A DNA stretch of 64,000 nucleotides from the human T2T-CHM13v2.0 reference genome, Homo sapiens, in NCBI RefSeq assembly GCF_009914755.1, contig NC_060929.1; one strand, given 5' to 3'. The translations under genes were made by a program, and so were the position numbers. The notes beneath the pieces were generated by a model. The model saw nothing but the letters and a program-made list of their open reading frames with translations, did not search any database and was not told the DNA's origin. Positions 63,780 to 64,000 of the stretch are shown here, piece by piece. How positions within the stretch are numbered: the stretch's first letter is position 1; the number at the start of each line of letters is the position of its first letter.

Positions 63780-64000
63780 TGGTTTTTAAAGCATCAAAGT
63801 TAGAGAAAAGAGCAAAGATTGTATCATTATACGAGTATAAATAAAACAACTTAAATTTCTAGCAATAGTGAATGGATAAATAAATATAGTAAATCCACAC
63901 TGTGGGAGATGATGCAGCCTATTAACATGTTTATGAAGAAATTTTAATGCGTGGGAAAATGCTTATTAGGCTATGTGAAAAAAACAGGATATAAAACTGT
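63780..64000 (+). mobile_element. Ancient L1M fragment (runs off the window)
   Basis: tctagcaatagtgaatggataaataaatatagtaaatccacactgtggg...atgcagcctattaa. Confidence 0.6.

Overview
Primate genomic DNA, very probably human because it carries an AluYb8 insertion. It is not prokaryotic, and the six-frame ORF track is almost entirely noise. The window holds the 3' part of EBF1 (early B-cell factor 1 / COE1) on the minus strand. Six canonical coding exons splice GT-AG into one open frame: 44008-44096, 27056-27121, 25909-26086, 25093-25272, 20918-21112 and 12051-12082. They encode the end of the IPT domain, the HLH region with its duplicated helix, and the Ser/Pro/Thr-rich C-terminal activation domain ending ...NGNSLQAISGMIVPPM*. 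A ~3.2 kb AU-rich 3' UTR follows and ends near 8860. The rest is intron or 3' flank containing Alus, MIR/L2/L1 relics, a solo ERV1 LTR and hAT-type relics. The most interesting signal is a 69-nt exon at 20507-20575 that the ORF track misses. It has a branch point, a pyrimidine tract and a GTAGGT donor, and would replace the C-terminus with DQSFVDSSKFSSAGSLPGLAFS* in a layout that should escape NMD. Other points of interest are a NAGNAG acceptor, frame-symmetric C-terminal exons, a nine-G-tract quadruplex block in the 3' UTR, a CTCF-like site just past the 3' end, and three short local duplications (one inverted) in the last two introns. No CRISPR array, operon, tRNA or rRNA was seen.
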